From Azolla caroliniana (Eukaryota > Plantae > Polypodiophyta): a stretch of 64,000 bases of DNA. The notes under the pieces are model-generated. The model searched no databases, was not told where the DNA came from, and saw only the letters and a list, made by a program, of their open reading frames with translations. Of this stretch, positions 63,136 to 64,000 are shown piece after piece; the stretch's first letter is position 1, and every line of letters starts with the position of its first letter. The stretch is taken from the NCBI GenBank assembly GCA_043228905.1, contig JBHGNT010000013.1, positions 20,274,001 to 20,338,000 on the forward strand, in the 5' to 3' direction. A program made the position numbers and the translations under genes.

Positions 63136-63250
63136 CGTCATGAAGCACAAAGACAATTTGATGGCGGTGGATACCTCGAGGTTGAACGAGGTATGGTATC
63201 TCAACCTCGAGGTATTCACTACCATCAAATTGGCTTTGTGCTTCATGACG
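63136..63250. repeat. 50-bp inverted repeat with a 15-nt loop
   Basis: 63136-63185 matches the reverse complement of 63201-63250 with 4 mismatches. Confidence 0.9.
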
Positions 63251-63669
63251 AAGGCAGGGCCCGTACCGGTTCATTGTCCACAATTATATACATACGGGAA
63301 TGGGTCAAAGTATAAATTATAATTTCATGTTATTAGTATGGTTACAAGTACACCTCATATTTTTATAAAACTCACCAAAATAATATAAGTCTTTAACTGA
63401 GTGTTTGCCATGTCACACATTAGGGAGATATTGAGCCATTGTTGAATTTTATTATGCCTACATTAACTTATCAACACATCCAAACTTATTTGAATTTCTA
63501 TGTTCCCCACTTAGAGACCTATCATGTATTTTTATATTTGTAAATTCTAATCAAGTTGTGGAACATGTGATACTAGTGCATCCAATTTTTGTAGAGAGGG
63601 TATATTTGGATATTTTCAAGAAGATTCTACAAGTGGAATGCACAATCCTTCCACTTGTGAATGCGAACA

Positions 63670-64000
63670 TGTTATGTGGATTCGGGAGCGGTTTTCGACT
63701 CTAGTATGAACCACATGACGAATCACCAGGACTGGTTCTTGACTCTGGAAAAGCCGGAGCAGCCGGGGGTCGTCGAAACTAGTGATGACACCCCTCACCC
63801 CATTGAACACATTGGAGATGTCCCTCTCAGCCATGTCGTCCAGAAGGGAATCATGAGAAATGTCTTGCGTGTGCCGACAATCACCAAAAATTTGGTGTTG
63901 GTCGGATAGATAGTCAAGCAAAGCATGCTAGTTCAATTTACTAATCTCGGGTGCTCCATAGAAGAGGAAAACAAAATAATCGTGCAAGGGAGCCGAGAAG
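63670..64000 (+). pseudogene. Copia fragment K (protease region, B/H-related), runs off the window
   Basis: YVDSGA..NHMTNHQDWF..GVVETSDDTPHPI..VPTITKNLV. Confidence 0.85.

Overview
This window is eukaryotic land-plant DNA; the TE repertoire suggests a non-seed plant such as a fern (inference). It holds one host gene, an intronless secreted single-FAS1 (fasciclin) protein at 103-645. About 13 kb of old AT-rich intergenic DNA follows, including a LINE fragment and an N gap. The remaining ~50 kb is a nested retrotransposon island that can be resolved from LTRs, PBS/PPT sites and TSDs. Copia A (13883-27068, TSD ATTTC) contains Copia B (19004-24680, TSD GTCTT) and an RTEX-like LINE in its 3' LTR. 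Chromovirus C spans 27289-32320. Gypsy D (from 32393) is interrupted by two head-to-head tRNA-Trp-primed Gypsy elements, E (36186-43351, intact and very young) and F (43356-50370). Further right are a truncated relative G, Copia H (with two solo LTRs and an L1 inside it), and Copia fragments I, J and K. Four observations stand out. (1) The E/F/G family makes 4-bp CpG-centred RCGY target duplications at every insertion, and two copies hit exactly the same site. (2) The same family appears to express RT-RH-IN through a conserved -1 frameshift (G_GAU_UUU plus pseudoknot) placed after the protease. (3) The chromovirus C LTR combines a tRNA-derived Pol III A/B-box cassette, a perfect four-unit heat-shock element and a Tf1-like self-priming site; the cassette, the HSE and the primer hairpin are conserved in a diverged solo LTR. 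(4) Copia elements B, J and H carry a Pol C-terminal extension between two polypurine tracts. All mismatch counts are by eye, and lineage names come from motif recognition, not database searches.
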